From NCBI GenBank assembly GCA_964593155.1, contig CAZQHE010000002.1, positions 5,231 to 69,230 on the forward strand: a DNA stretch of 64,000 nt. Direction: 5' to 3'. The stretch comes from an uncultured bacterium. GTDB lineage: Bacteria > Krumholzibacteriota > Krumholzibacteriia > JAJRXK01. The notes under the pieces are model-generated. The model did no database searches. It was not told where the DNA came from and was given only the letters and a program-made list of their open reading frames with translations. Below are positions 29,532-38,688 of this stretch, one piece after another. The stretch's first letter is position 1. Every line of letters begins with the position of its first letter. Made by a program: the position numbers and the translations under genes.

Positions 29532-32039
29532 GTGTTCCTCCACGGGACGTCGTTGCCCCGCCATCGCCCGGGACCGCACCCGGACGATGTGGACGGTCGG
29601 GGAGACAAGGCACTGGCAGGCAAGAAGTTGGAATCCGGCACCCCACAGCGTGATCACCCCACGGGGCCCAGCGGCGGACGCCGGGCGAGCCCGCTGTGGA
29701 TCGGAGGAATCTGCCTCGCCGCGGTGTGGAGTCTGCCGGTCTGGATCGCCGTTCGCGAAGGCGTGGCCCCCGTGCCGCTGGCGACCGCGGGGTTGGCGAC
29801 GCTCGCCGTGGTCGGGGTCGTGGTCGCGTGGCACCGGGCGGCCGACGCGCACCGCGAGGCCGAACTCCGGATCCAGACCCTGTCGCGCGGACTCGAAGCG
29901 GCTCGCGACGCGGCGCGGCGGGCGGACGAACGCCTGGCCGAACGCAGCCACGAACTCTCGGAGGACCTGCTGCGCGTCCGGCGTGATCTCGAGCAGTCCC
30001 GGACGCAGGACCACCGCAAGGCCGAACTCCTCGGATCGATCGGCGACTCCGTGCGCACGCCGGTGCACCGGATCCTCGCCGTGGTCGACGAGCTCCTCGC
30101 CGACGAGTCCGACGACACGCGCCTCGACCGACTCTCGGAGACCCGCCGTCTCGCCGTGTCCCTGCTCACGTTCTCCGACGACGTGGTCGACTTCTCCGAC
30201 ATCGAGGCCGACCGCCTCTCGCTGCGCGAGGAGTCGTTCGTCGTCCGCGAGCTCGTGGAGGAAGCTCTCGACTGTTTCGCCAGCGGTTTCGACGGTGTGT
30301 TCGAGGCGTCCTACGTCCTCGATCCCGAAGTTCCCGAGACCCTGCGCGCCGATCCCGATCGCGTACGCCAGATTCTCCGGCGGCTGCTCGAACGGGCCGC
30401 GGCGGACACCGACGAGGGCGAGTTGCACGTCCGCGTCGAGGCCGTCGAGTCGAATCCGGACCACCCGCGGTTGCGCTTCGCCGTCCTCACGCCGTCGGTC
30501 GACGCCGCGGGCGTGGACCTCGAGGCCCAGGAACCGGATCCGCGAGCCGACGACGAGGCCCCGACCGGTGCCGGGCTCGGGTTCGCGATCTCCCGTCGAC
30601 TCGTCGAGCGCATGGGTGGCCGGCTCGGAACCGGATCCGCCGATCACGGCGGATTCCCGCTGTGGTTCACCATCGCCGCGCTGCCCGGCGATTCCGTGAA
30701 GTCTCCGCGCATCGAGAGGGAACTCGGCGGAGCACGGGTGCTGGTGATCAGTGGGTCGAGCCACGTTCGTCTGATGCTGATCCAGCAGCTGCGCGCGGCG
30801 AAGTGCGTGCCGTCGGCCTCGGCCGACGGTCCGAGCGCCCTGGCCGCTCTGCGGGCGGCGGCGACGGCCCGCGATCCCTTCCGGGCGGTCCTGCTCGACG
30901 CCGATCTGCCGGGAGCGTCGGGCGTGCAACTGGCCGAGAGCGTGCGGGAGGACGACACCTTCGGAGGGCCGGTGGTCCTGGCCATGGTGGCGCCCGGTGA
31001 CACCAGGAGTCGGGCCGAGATCGAGGGCGCCGGCTTTCCGCATCCGCTGACCAAGCCCGTGCGGCATCGCGTGCTGCGCGATCAGTTGCTGCGCGCGCTG
31101 CGCGACCGCGATGCACGGCCGAACGCGCAGCAGGTCGACGATGCCGTCGAACGCATCGCCCCGGCGGTGCAGGCGGCTGCGGCGGATGTCCAGTCCGACA
31201 CGGCGGACGAGTCGCCGGCGCGCGCGGGCCGCATCCTGGTCGTCGACGACAATCCCGTGAACCGCCGGGTCGCCACTCTCATGCTGCGCCGAGCGGGCTA
31301 CACGCCGGAGATCGCCGAGGACGGACAGGTGGCGGTGGACCGGATCGACGCGGGCGAGACCTTCGACCTGATCCTGATGGACGTCCACATGCCGCGCCTG
31401 AACGGCTTCGAGGCCACGGCCCGCATACGCACCCACGACGACGCGCGCAGCCAGACCCCCATCGTGGCCATGACGGCCAGTGCCATGTCCGGTGACGCCG
31501 AGCGCTGTCTCGAGGCGGGCATGGACGGCTACGTGAGCAAGCCCGTGCGGGCCGACGCACTGGTCGCCGTGGTCGAGAGCTGGATCCCCGACGACGACGA
31601 GCCCGGCCACGACGACGATCCCGGCTACGACGCGGCCGCCGACCCGACGACGGAGGACGAACCCGTGCAGGATCCACTCGACGACGTCGCCACGCTCGAG
31701 CCCGACGGTCTGGACGAGCTCGTCGCCCTGGCCGGCGACGACACGTCGATGCTCGAGGAACTCGTGCAGACCTTCTTCGAGACGGCGGCCTCGCACCTCG
31801 AGACCATGCGGTCGTCGCACGCCGCCGCCGACGCCGAGCGCCTGGCCGATGCGGCGCATGGTCTGCGTGGCAGTGCCGGCACCCTCGGTGCCCGACGTCT
31901 GCACGTGTTGTGCAGTCAGCTCGAGGATCGCGCCCGCGAGCCGGGCGCGGCGATCGACGGCACCGCTCTCGACGCGATCGACGCAGAGGTCAACGCGGTG
32001 CGCGCGGCGGTCGACCGCCGACTGGGGGCGCAGTCCTGA
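29532..32039 (+). CDS. hybrid sensor histidine-kinase-like protein (TM, DHp/HATPase core, two REC domains, C-terminal Hpt)
   Basis: 835 aa with a TM segment (WIGGICLAAVWSLPVWIAV) and a coiled-coil. The H-box-like segment is GSIGDSVRTPVHRI. The ATPase-like region is …RQILRRLLERAAADT…GAGLGFAISRRLVERMGGRLG. REC1 is degenerate (VLVISGSS…LLDADLPG). REC2 is canonical (RILVVDDNPVNR…LILMDVHMPRLNGFEA…AMTASAMSGD…YVSKPV). The Hpt motif is AHGLRGSAGTLGARRL. Confidence 0.8.
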   Translation: MFLHGTSLPRHRPGPHPDDVDGRGDKALAGKKLESGTPQRDHPTGPSGGRRASPLWIGGICLAAVWSLPVWIAVREGVAPVPLATAGLATLAVVGVVVAWHRAADAHREAELRIQTLSRGLEAARDAARRADERLAERSHELSEDLLRVRRDLEQSRTQDHRKAELLGSIGDSVRTPVHRILAVVDELLADESDDTRLDRLSETRRLAVSLLTFSDDVVDFSDIEADRLSLREESFVVRELVEEALDCFASGFDGVFEASYVLDPEVPETLRADPDRVRQILRRLLERAAADTDEGELHVRVEAVESNPDHPRLRFAVLTPSVDAAGVDLEAQEPDPRADDEAPTGAGLGFAISRRLVERMGGRLGTGSADHGGFPLWFTIAALPGDSVKSPRIERELGGARVLVISGSSHVRLMLIQQLRAAKCVPSASADGPSALAALRAAATARDPFRAVLLDADLPGASGVQLAESVREDDTFGGPVVLAMVAPGDTRSRAEIEGAGFPHPLTKPVRHRVLRDQLLRALRDRDARPNAQQVDDAVERIAPAVQAAAADVQSDTADESPARAGRILVVDDNPVNRRVATLMLRRAGYTPEIAEDGQVAVDRIDAGETFDLILMDVHMPRLNGFEATARIRTHDDARSQTPIVAMTASAMSGDAERCLEAGMDGYVSKPVRADALVAVVESWIPDDDEPGHDDDPGYDAAADPTTEDEPVQDPLDDVATLEPDGLDELVALAGDDTSMLEELVQTFFETAASHLETMRSSHAAADAERLADAAHGLRGSAGTLGARRLHVLCSQLEDRAREPGAAIDGTALDAIDAEVNAVRAAVDRRLGAQS

Positions 32040-32955
32040 GCCCGTCGTCCCGCTCGAACACTCCTCCGAGCACGGACGGGACGATTCCCGACACCCACAG
32101 CGCCCCGACGAAGTAGAGCGCGAAGAGGAGCATCGGTGCGTGGCCGGCGCCCGGTTCGGCGAGCCACCGCACCCCCGCGACCCCGCCGACGGCCAGCCCC
32201 GCGCGCAGGATCCCGCGCCCGAGCGGAACGCGCACGGTGCGCCGCTTCCGGCCCGCGCCGGCGATGGCGCCGACCCCCAGCCCGGCCCCCACGCCCAGCA
32301 CCACGGCGGTGATCTCGAGCCCCAGAGCGAGCTGCAGTGCGAGTGCGGCGAGCAGCCAGAGACCGGCGCGTTCCACCCGGGGCAGGCGGGCCAGCGAATC
32401 GCCCCACGCGCGCTCTCCCGCCACCAGAGCCGCCAGCAGGGCGGCGCCGATCACCAGACCACCCCCGACGTCGATCAGATCGTGGCGCAGCAGGGCCAGA
32501 CGACTGAAGGCGATGGCGGCGACCAGCGCGACACAGCCGCCCCGCAACCACGGCGAGCGTACGTTCGCCGCGACCGTGCCCCACAGGACCACCGCCATCA
32601 ACGTGTGCCCGCTGGGAAACGCGTGGTTCGCGTACACGCCGGGGTCCTCGAGCGCGCCGGGCAGGCCGAACTCCAGGGGGTCCATACGGGGTCTCCCGAT
32701 CGCGGCCTTCAGTGCTTCGCTCGTGGTTGCCGAGGCGGCGAAGGCCAGGCCCAGCCGCAGTGCCCAGCGCATGGGTGCGAAGGCGAAGAGCAGCGGCAGG
32801 GACACGGCGAAGAAGTCGGCCGAACCGAGGAAGGCGATCGCCTGCCACACGTCGCGCCACGCCGGATCGGCGGCGCGCGCGGCGAGGAGTGCGAGGAGTT
32901 GCCGGCCGGCCAGTTCTTCCATGTCGTGTGCCCTCACGACGGCGGGCAGCCGCAT
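31990..32955 (-). CDS. PAP2-family (type-2 phosphatidic acid phosphatase-like) membrane phosphatase
   Basis: ORF 31990..33177 (-), with the Met at 32955. PAP2 motifs are …FPSGHTLMAVVLWG…FSRLALLRHDLIDVGGG… It is a multi-TM protein. Its 3' end overlaps the convergent kinase-gene 3' end by ~50 nt. Confidence 0.65.
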   Translation of the reverse strand: MRLPAVVRAHDMEELAGRQLLALLAARAADPAWRDVWQAIAFLGSADFFAVSLPLLFAFAPMRWALRLGLAFAASATTSEALKAAIGRPRMDPLEFGLPGALEDPGVYANHAFPSGHTLMAVVLWGTVAANVRSPWLRGGCVALVAAIAFSRLALLRHDLIDVGGGLVIGAALLAALVAGERAWGDSLARLPRVERAGLWLLAALALQLALGLEITAVVLGVGAGLGVGAIAGAGRKRRTVRVPLGRGILRAGLAVGGVAGVRWLAEPGAGHAPMLLFALYFVGALWVSGIVPSVLGGVFERDDGLRTAPPVGGRPPRAPR

Positions 32956-33038
32956 CCGGATCTTGCCCGCCGCTCGGGGAGCGTTCACGCTACCCTCTCG
33001 CACCCGACTCGGCCACCCGGACCCACGTGGAGACCCCC

Positions 33039-34769
33039 ATGACCGACGACCTCCGTGCCCTGGAAGCCACGGCCCGCCGCTGGATGGACGACGACCCCGA
33101 TCCCGCCACACGCGAGGAGACCGCGCGCATGCTCGACGCCGGCGACTCCGACGCCCTGCGTGAAGCCTTCGGCGCACGACTGGAATTCGGGACGGCCGGA
33201 CTGCGCGGGGTGATCGGCCCCGGTCCCAACCGCATGAACCGCGCGCTGGTGCGGCGCGTGTCCGCGGGCCTGGCCGACTACCTGCTCACGGAGCAGGCCG
33301 ACGCACGCGACAAGGGTGTCGTGGTGGGGGGCGACGCGCGCCGCCTGTCGCCCGAACTGGCCGAGGACACCGCCCGTGTGTTCGCGGGCAGAGGGATCCG
33401 CGTGCACTTCTTCGAGGACCACGTGCCCACGCCCGTCCTGGCCTACGCCGTGCGCCGGCTCGGGGCCGCGGCCGGCGTGATCGTCACCGCGAGCCACAAC
33501 CCGCCCGAGTACAACGGCTACAAGGTCTACTGGGACAACGCGGCGCAGATCGTCCCGCCCCACGATCGTGGGATCAGCGCGGCGATCGACCGCATCGACG
33601 CGGTGTCCGACCTCACCATGCCCACCCTCGACGATGCGCGCGAGAGGGACCTGCTGCGCCCCGTGGGCGCCTCGGTCGTCGAGGACTACTTCACCGAACT
33701 CCTCGCCCAGCGTCGCCACCCCGACGTGCAGAAGGAGGTTTGCGTGGTCTACACCGCCATGCACGGCGTGGGCGGCCGCTTCGTGACCGACGTCCTGCAT
33801 CGTGCGGGCTACGCGAACGTCCACCCCGAGCCCGCGCAGTACCAGCCCGACGGCGAGTTCCCCACCGTGCGCTTCCCGAATCCCGAAGAAGACGGGGCGA
33901 TGGACCTGTCCATGGCGCTGGCGCGCGAACACGAGGCCGACGTGGTCCTGGCCAACGACCCCGACGCCGACCGGCTGGCCGTGGGCGTTCCCGTCGGCGG
34001 GGGCGAGTACCGTCTGCTGAGCGGAAACGAGATCGGTTGTCTGCTCGCCTACTACCTGCTCACCGAGAATCCGCCGGCCGAGTCCGATCCGCTGGTGATG
34101 ACCACCATCGTCAGCTCGCGCATGCTGAAGGCCATGGCCCACGAGCTCGGCGCGCACTACGACGAGACGTTGACCGGATTCAAGTGGATCGCCAACGCCG
34201 CGCAGCGCCACGCGCGCGATCGGGACTGGTACTTCGTCATGGGCTACGAAGAGGCGCTCGGCTACACCGTGGGGCCGGTGGTCGCCGACAAGGACGGGGT
34301 GGGCGCCGCGCTGCTCTTCACCGAGATCGCCGCGGTGTGCCGCAGCCGGGGCATGACCGTGCTCGACTACCTCGAGCAGATGGTCCGCCGCTTCGGGCTG
34401 TACGTCAGCCACCAGCACAGCCTGACCCTTCCCGGCCAGGAGGGCGCGGCCAAGATCCGCGCCGTCATGGACGCCTTCCGGGCCGAGGCTCCCGAACGCA
34501 TCGGTGACCACGCGGTGGTGCGCGTGGTGGACTACGCCGAAGGGTACGAGGGCCTGCCGCCGTCCAACGTGCTGGCCTTCGCGCTCGAGGGCGGCGGGCA
34601 GGTCCTGCTGCGGCCGAGTGGCACCGAGCCGAAGATCAAGTATTACTTCGAACTCTCCGAGCAGCCGGACGAGGGCGAGGAGATCGCGCGGGCCCGGGAA
34701 CGCGCGAACCACCGGCTCGACGCCCTGGTGCAGTCCTTCCTCGAAGTCGCCGAGGAGCGGGTCCGATGA
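33039..34769 (+). CDS. phosphoglucomutase/phosphomannomutase (alpha-D-phosphohexomutase family)
   Basis: Internal ATG of ORF 32712..34769. The active-site loop is VIVTASHNPPEYNGYKV and the metal-binding motif is DPDADRL. The sugar-binding motif is GNEIG. Confidence 0.9.
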   Translation: MTDDLRALEATARRWMDDDPDPATREETARMLDAGDSDALREAFGARLEFGTAGLRGVIGPGPNRMNRALVRRVSAGLADYLLTEQADARDKGVVVGGDARRLSPELAEDTARVFAGRGIRVHFFEDHVPTPVLAYAVRRLGAAAGVIVTASHNPPEYNGYKVYWDNAAQIVPPHDRGISAAIDRIDAVSDLTMPTLDDARERDLLRPVGASVVEDYFTELLAQRRHPDVQKEVCVVYTAMHGVGGRFVTDVLHRAGYANVHPEPAQYQPDGEFPTVRFPNPEEDGAMDLSMALAREHEADVVLANDPDADRLAVGVPVGGGEYRLLSGNEIGCLLAYYLLTENPPAESDPLVMTTIVSSRMLKAMAHELGAHYDETLTGFKWIANAAQRHARDRDWYFVMGYEEALGYTVGPVVADKDGVGAALLFTEIAAVCRSRGMTVLDYLEQMVRRFGLYVSHQHSLTLPGQEGAAKIRAVMDAFRAEAPERIGDHAVVRVVDYAEGYEGLPPSNVLAFALEGGGQVLLRPSGTEPKIKYYFELSEQPDEGEEIARARERANHRLDALVQSFLEVAEERVR

Positions 34770-35692
34770 CCGACACCACATCGCACGCCGATCCCGAATC
34801 GGTTCCGCACTTCCTCGACGCCGAGCCGTCGAGCCTGGAGGAGGCCGACGCGGCGGTGCTGTCGGTTCCCTACGAGGGCACGGTGAGCTACGGAACCGGC
34901 ACCGCGCAGGGGCCGGCCGCCGTGATCGGAGCCGGTCCGCACCTCGAGACCTTCGACGAGGAACTCGAGTGGGAGTCCGACGGCCGGTTGCAGGTCGCGA
35001 CACTGCGGCCGATCGCGCCCGACCCGGCCGAACGGCCCGAGAGCTTCATGGCAAGACTGAAGAGCGCCTGCATGGGACTCGGGCTGGTCCCGCCGTTCCC
35101 GCTGACCTTCGGTGGCGAGCACTCGATCACCCCAGCCGTGCTCGCGGGGATCCGCGACGACCTCACCGACGTCACCGTGGTGCAGATCGACGCCCACGCC
35201 GACCTGCGCGACAGCTACCACGGCAGCCGCGACAACCACGCCTGTGCCATGCGGCGCGTGCTCGACCTCGGGGTGCGGCGATTGATCGCGGTGGGCATCC
35301 GCAGCTGCACGGCCGACGAGTTCGCCCTCGCGCGCGACGACGAACGCATCGACACGCTCTACGCCCACCAGATGCACGATCCGGTGCGCTGGCAGCGCCT
35401 ACTCGACGAATTACGCGCGCTCGAGGGACCGGTGTACCTGACCGTCGACATCGACGGACTCGACTGCACGCTGTGCCCGGGGACCGGCACCCCCCAACCG
35501 GGTGGCCTGAGCTGGGAGCAGGCGGTCGACGTGGTGCGCGCCACGGTGCGCGAGAGTGGGGCCGAAGTGTTCGGAGCCGACGTGGTCGAGGTCGCTCCCA
35601 TGACGCAGAGCCAGGTGAACGAGATGGTCGCGGCCAAACTCGGCTTCAAGATCCTGGCGTACCGTTTCGCGCCCGGCCGGCGGGTCGGATAG
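34766..35692 (+). CDS. arginase-family ureohydrolase (agmatinase-like)
   Basis: 308 aa with binuclear Mn motifs (GGEHSIT, DAHADL, TVDIDGLDCTLCPGTGTPQPGGLS). It has an ATGA overlap with the phosphomutase gene. Confidence 0.85.
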   Translation: MTDTTSHADPESVPHFLDAEPSSLEEADAAVLSVPYEGTVSYGTGTAQGPAAVIGAGPHLETFDEELEWESDGRLQVATLRPIAPDPAERPESFMARLKSACMGLGLVPPFPLTFGGEHSITPAVLAGIRDDLTDVTVVQIDAHADLRDSYHGSRDNHACAMRRVLDLGVRRLIAVGIRSCTADEFALARDDERIDTLYAHQMHDPVRWQRLLDELRALEGPVYLTVDIDGLDCTLCPGTGTPQPGGLSWEQAVDVVRATVRESGAEVFGADVVEVAPMTQSQVNEMVAAKLGFKILAYRFAPGRRVG

Positions 35693-36100
35693 CGGCTCGC
35701 GTCGCGGCGGGCTGATCCGCGCGAAGTGCAGCCCCAGCGTCATCAGGGCCACGGCGACCCACAAGAGCAGTCGCAGCACGTTGGTGGCGCGCAGCACGCC
35801 CGAGGCGGCGTAGCGTGGCCGCGTGCGCGATCCCGACTCGACGGCCTTCCACAGTTGAAGGGCGGCGAGCACCGATGCCACCGCCACCAGGATCAGGGGC
35901 GCGCGGGCCGGACTCGCCCACGCCGTGAGCGTGAGCGCGGCGAGTGCGACGTCGGCGGCGGCCAACGTGCGGTTGCGCGCGTGGTTCCAGGCCGCCGATC
36001 GACGACGAGCCGTGCCCAGCAACAGCGCCAGGGCCTCGCTCACGGTGAGTCCGGCGGCGAGCAGGTTCACGGCGGGCAGCAACTGGATCACGAAGAACAT
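35411..36100 (-). CDS. small multi-TM membrane protein (unknown function)
   Basis: ORF 35411..36256 (-), with the Met at 36100 (a GAGG Shine-Dalgarno is upstream). It has four predicted TM helices (MFFVIQLLPAVNLLAAGLTV… LAAADVALAALTLTAW… LILVAVASVLAALQLW… VLRLLLWVAVALMTLGL). The 3' ~280 nt overlap the convergent agmatinase gene, and that part of the translation is low complexity. The true C-terminus is therefore uncertain. Confidence 0.4.
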   Translation of the reverse strand: MFFVIQLLPAVNLLAAGLTVSEALALLLGTARRRSAAWNHARNRTLAAADVALAALTLTAWASPARAPLILVAVASVLAALQLWKAVESGSRTRPRYAASGVLRATNVLRLLLWVAVALMTLGLHFARISPPRREPLSDPPAGRETVRQDLEAEFGRDHLVHLALRHGSDLDHVGSEHFGPTLAHRGAHHVDRLLPAQATRLGGAGPRAQRAVESVDVDGQVHRSLERA

Positions 36101-36107
36101 GGAGACC

Positions 36108-36745
36108 TCAGGCGCAGACGTCGAAGGGGTGCAGCGGGAACTCCGCGGGCGTGTGCCAGGCGGCCTCTTCGTGGCTCCAACGCCACGCGGCGCGTGCGGC
36201 GGCCACCGCGGCGAGTTCGTGGTCGCCGAGCGGGCGGGTGGGAAGCGACCCGACACCGTTCTCCCCGAGCCATCGTCGCAGCCGATCGCGCGCGTCGGCG
36301 TCGCTCTTCAGCGCACGCACGTCGGCGGCGTCGGCACCGGCCAGCACGAGGCTCGCGCCGGGGTGGACCTCGACGATCCGCGCGGCGGGCCGCAGGGCGC
36401 GCACGAGCCGCGCCACCGCCATGCCCCGCAACGTGAGGTAGGCCATACGGGTCATCGTCGGGGTCATGACCGAACCGGCCGGTAGCAGCGGCTTCACCGC
36501 GCGCCGCAGGGAACGGTCGGCGCTCCGGTCGCCACCGCCCGGCTCGTACGACAGAGGGGCGTCGAGCCCGACGACGCAGTCCTCGCTCCATCCCTCGATC
36601 GCGTCGCGCAGTGCGATGTCGTCGAGGCCGAGCTCGATCCCCGTGCACCGCAGCCGGTCGCCGTCGTCCCGCGCGGTGGCCACGGCGGTGTCGCGGGCGT
36701 TGGTCGGTCCCGCGAGATCGACCCCGACGACGTGGCGGGTGGTCA
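36108..36745 (-). CDS. DUF429-like protein (predicted RNase-H-fold nuclease)
   Basis: Internal Met at 36745 of ORF 36108..37286 gives MTTRHVVGVDLAGPTNARDTAVATARDDGDRLRCTGIELGLDDIALRDAIEGWSEDCVVGLDAPLSY… This shows the G(I/V)D(L/A)AG…(G/A)…A…D and internal D/E pattern of DUF429/COG2410. The family assignment is from memory. ATGA and 8-nt junctions link it to the flanking genes. Confidence 0.55.
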
Positions 36746-37215
36746 TCGGACCCAGCCCCGGACCTCGGGATGCTCCTGCGCGACCTCGTCGTACAGACGG
36801 GCCGAACGGTCGAAGTAGGTGAGCTTGGCCGCGAGCATCAGCGCGCCCCCACCGATCGCGAGCAGCGGGTCGTAGAGGAGCGCGCCGCTGATCATGATGA
36901 TCGTCCCCACGCTGCCGGCGATGGCCAGCACGGTGGTCACCTGCTTGCGCGCCGGATCGACCTCCCAACGGTCCTTCGCGGCGCGGATCCGCTCGCCGTA
37001 GGTCGCGCGCGAGACCCAGTTCCCCGTGGAGGCCGGCGGGGGTACCAGGCGTGGGGCGAGGATCGACCACAGCAGCAGGAAGACCATGGCCAGCAGGAAC
37101 CACGGATCGAACCACTGTCGCGACCACAGGGCGACGGCGAAGAGTGGCAGGGTGGCCAGGCGCGACCACACCGTGAAGGGATGCGCTCTCCGCGCCCAGA
37201 CCTCTTCGGTGGTCA
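36743..37215 (-). CDS. membrane protein (3-4 TM, unknown function)
   Basis: Internal Met at 37215 of ORF 36743..37444, with a GGGAGG Shine-Dalgarno 5 nt upstream. Sequence is MTTEEVWARRAHPFTVWSRLATLPLFAVALWSRQWFDPWFLLAMVFLLLWSILAPRL…TVLAIAGSVGTIIMISGALLYDPLLAIGGGALMLAA…. Confidence 0.5.
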
Positions 37216-37578
37216 TGAGTCCTCCCGATCGCGGTGGACGGTGTCGGGGGAGAAGGCGGGCAGGCACACGGCGATGTACTCCGCACCTTCGGGCGTGCTG
37301 TAGCGGATCCACTCGCCCGGGGCGGTGATCACGGCCTCGCCCGCCCGCACCTCGAGTGCGCCCCCCTCGTACTCGACGCGTACGGTGCCGTCGAGGACCA
37401 CCGTGATCTCCTCGAAGTCCGGGCGCTGCCCGGGCTCGACCCATCCCGCCGGCGACTTCATGCGGGCCACGCTCACGGTGTCGTGGCCGGTGTTGACGCG
37501 GCCGGTGAATTCCTCGATCCGCTTCGGCTGGTTGCCGGCGGGCTCGATCACGGTGGGTGCGTCGATCTTGCGGGGCAC
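37213..37578 (-). CDS. cupin-domain protein
   Basis: 121 aa, GTG start with a GGAGG Shine-Dalgarno 9 nt upstream. The beta-barrel motif is …ITVVLDGTVRVEYEGGALEVRAGEAVITAPGEWIRYSTPEGAEYIAVCLPAFSPD… It overlaps the downstream membrane-protein start by 3 nt. Confidence 0.65.
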   Translation of the reverse strand: MPRKIDAPTVIEPAGNQPKRIEEFTGRVNTGHDTVSVARMKSPAGWVEPGQRPDFEEITVVLDGTVRVEYEGGALEVRAGEAVITAPGEWIRYSTPEGAEYIAVCLPAFSPDTVHRDREDS

Positions 37579-37606
37579 GGGACGGTCCTCCAGGGGGGAT
37601 GGTCTG

Positions 37607-38641
37607 TCAGTCGTCGTCGGCGAGGCCGGCCATCAGGTCGTGCGGGCCGAAGACGAGTTCGAACTCCTGGCACACGACGTCCATGTTCGGCGAGAAGTCG
37701 TGTCCGGACGCCGAGAGCACGCGTTCGTAGTAGGCACGATGGTCGCGCCGCCAGGACTCGAGCGTGCCGTCGCCCTCGCCCTCACGGGTGGCGAAGGCTC
37801 GGGTCACGTGCTCGAAGGCGCACACGCGGACCCTCGTCGTCCGCACGATGCCGCGCGCGACGCCGCGGCCGTCGAGGACCACGGTGTGGTCACCCACGCG
37901 CGGGAGCGGTTCGCCGGCGATCTCGAGTTCGGCCATGCTCGGTGCGGTGGCGCGTTTGCGTCCGCTCACGATCAGGTTGCAGAGTTCGTCGGCCAGTTCC
38001 GCGGTGTCGCCGAAGCGCGCGGCCCGGTACGTCCAGTGGGTCGTGGCGGGATCCTGGCCGTGGTGTGCGAGGTAGGTCGTCCAAAGTGCATGGACCGAGG
38101 GGTCGAGGGTCGGCGCGGATTCCCGCGCCCGCACGTATTCGCACTGCACGAGCCCGTTGCGGTGGCTGCGGGAAGACGTCAGGCGGAAGTGGCGCTCGCA
38201 GGGTTCACCGCCGAAGAGCGGCCGGCCACGACCGAGCACCACCGGGTGGATGGCCACGCGTAGATCGTCGATCAGGTCGGCGGCGAGGAAGGACGCCGCC
38301 AGTTCGCCGCCGCCCACCAGCCACAGGTGACCGCCCGGCGCGGCGCGCAGACTCTCGACCACTTCGCTGGGTGGATCGTCGAGGAAGCGGACGTGGTCGT
38401 CGACCGCGCCGGCCCGCGAACGGCTGAACACGTAGCCCTTCTTGTCGTGGTACGGGTACTCGGCGAATCCCAGGACCTGTTCGTAGGTCCGCCGGCCCAT
38501 CAACACCGTGTCGACGGAGTCGGAGAAGACCTCGAAGCCGAAGTCTCCCTCGGTGAACAGCCAGTCGACGGCTCCGTCGTCACGGGCGACGAAGCCGTCG
38601 AGACTGGTGGCGACGTAGTAGACGACCCGGCGATCAGGCAC
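37607..38641 (-). CDS. fusion protein: RibD C-terminal/dihydrofolate-reductase-like domain + ASCH (PUA-like) domain
   Basis: 344 aa. The N-terminal half (RRVVYYVATSLDGFVARDDGAVDWLF…TVLMGRRTYE…HLWLVGGGELAASFL…LRVAIHPVVLGRGRPLFG) matches the RibD_C/DHFR-like reductase fold. The C-terminal half (…RFGDTAELADELCNLIVSGRKRATAPSM…GDHTVVLDGRGVARGIVRTTRVRVCAFEHVTRAFATREGEGDGTLESWRRDHRAYY…) matches ASCH. Confidence 0.7.
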   Translation of the reverse strand: MPDRRVVYYVATSLDGFVARDDGAVDWLFTEGDFGFEVFSDSVDTVLMGRRTYEQVLGFAEYPYHDKKGYVFSRSRAGAVDDHVRFLDDPPSEVVESLRAAPGGHLWLVGGGELAASFLAADLIDDLRVAIHPVVLGRGRPLFGGEPCERHFRLTSSRSHRNGLVQCEYVRARESAPTLDPSVHALWTTYLAHHGQDPATTHWTYRAARFGDTAELADELCNLIVSGRKRATAPSMAELEIAGEPLPRVGDHTVVLDGRGVARGIVRTTRVRVCAFEHVTRAFATREGEGDGTLESWRRDHRAYYERVLSASGHDFSPNMDVVCQEFELVFGPHDLMAGLADDD

Positions 38642-38688
38642 GGCTCACTCCTCCCACCGGAAGAGGGTCGTGCCGGTCGCCGTGGGGG

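Noticed and set aside
28875-31904. 1009-aa - strand ORF
   Set aside because: It is antisense to pgi and the hybrid sensor kinase. It is Arg/Pro/Gly-rich.
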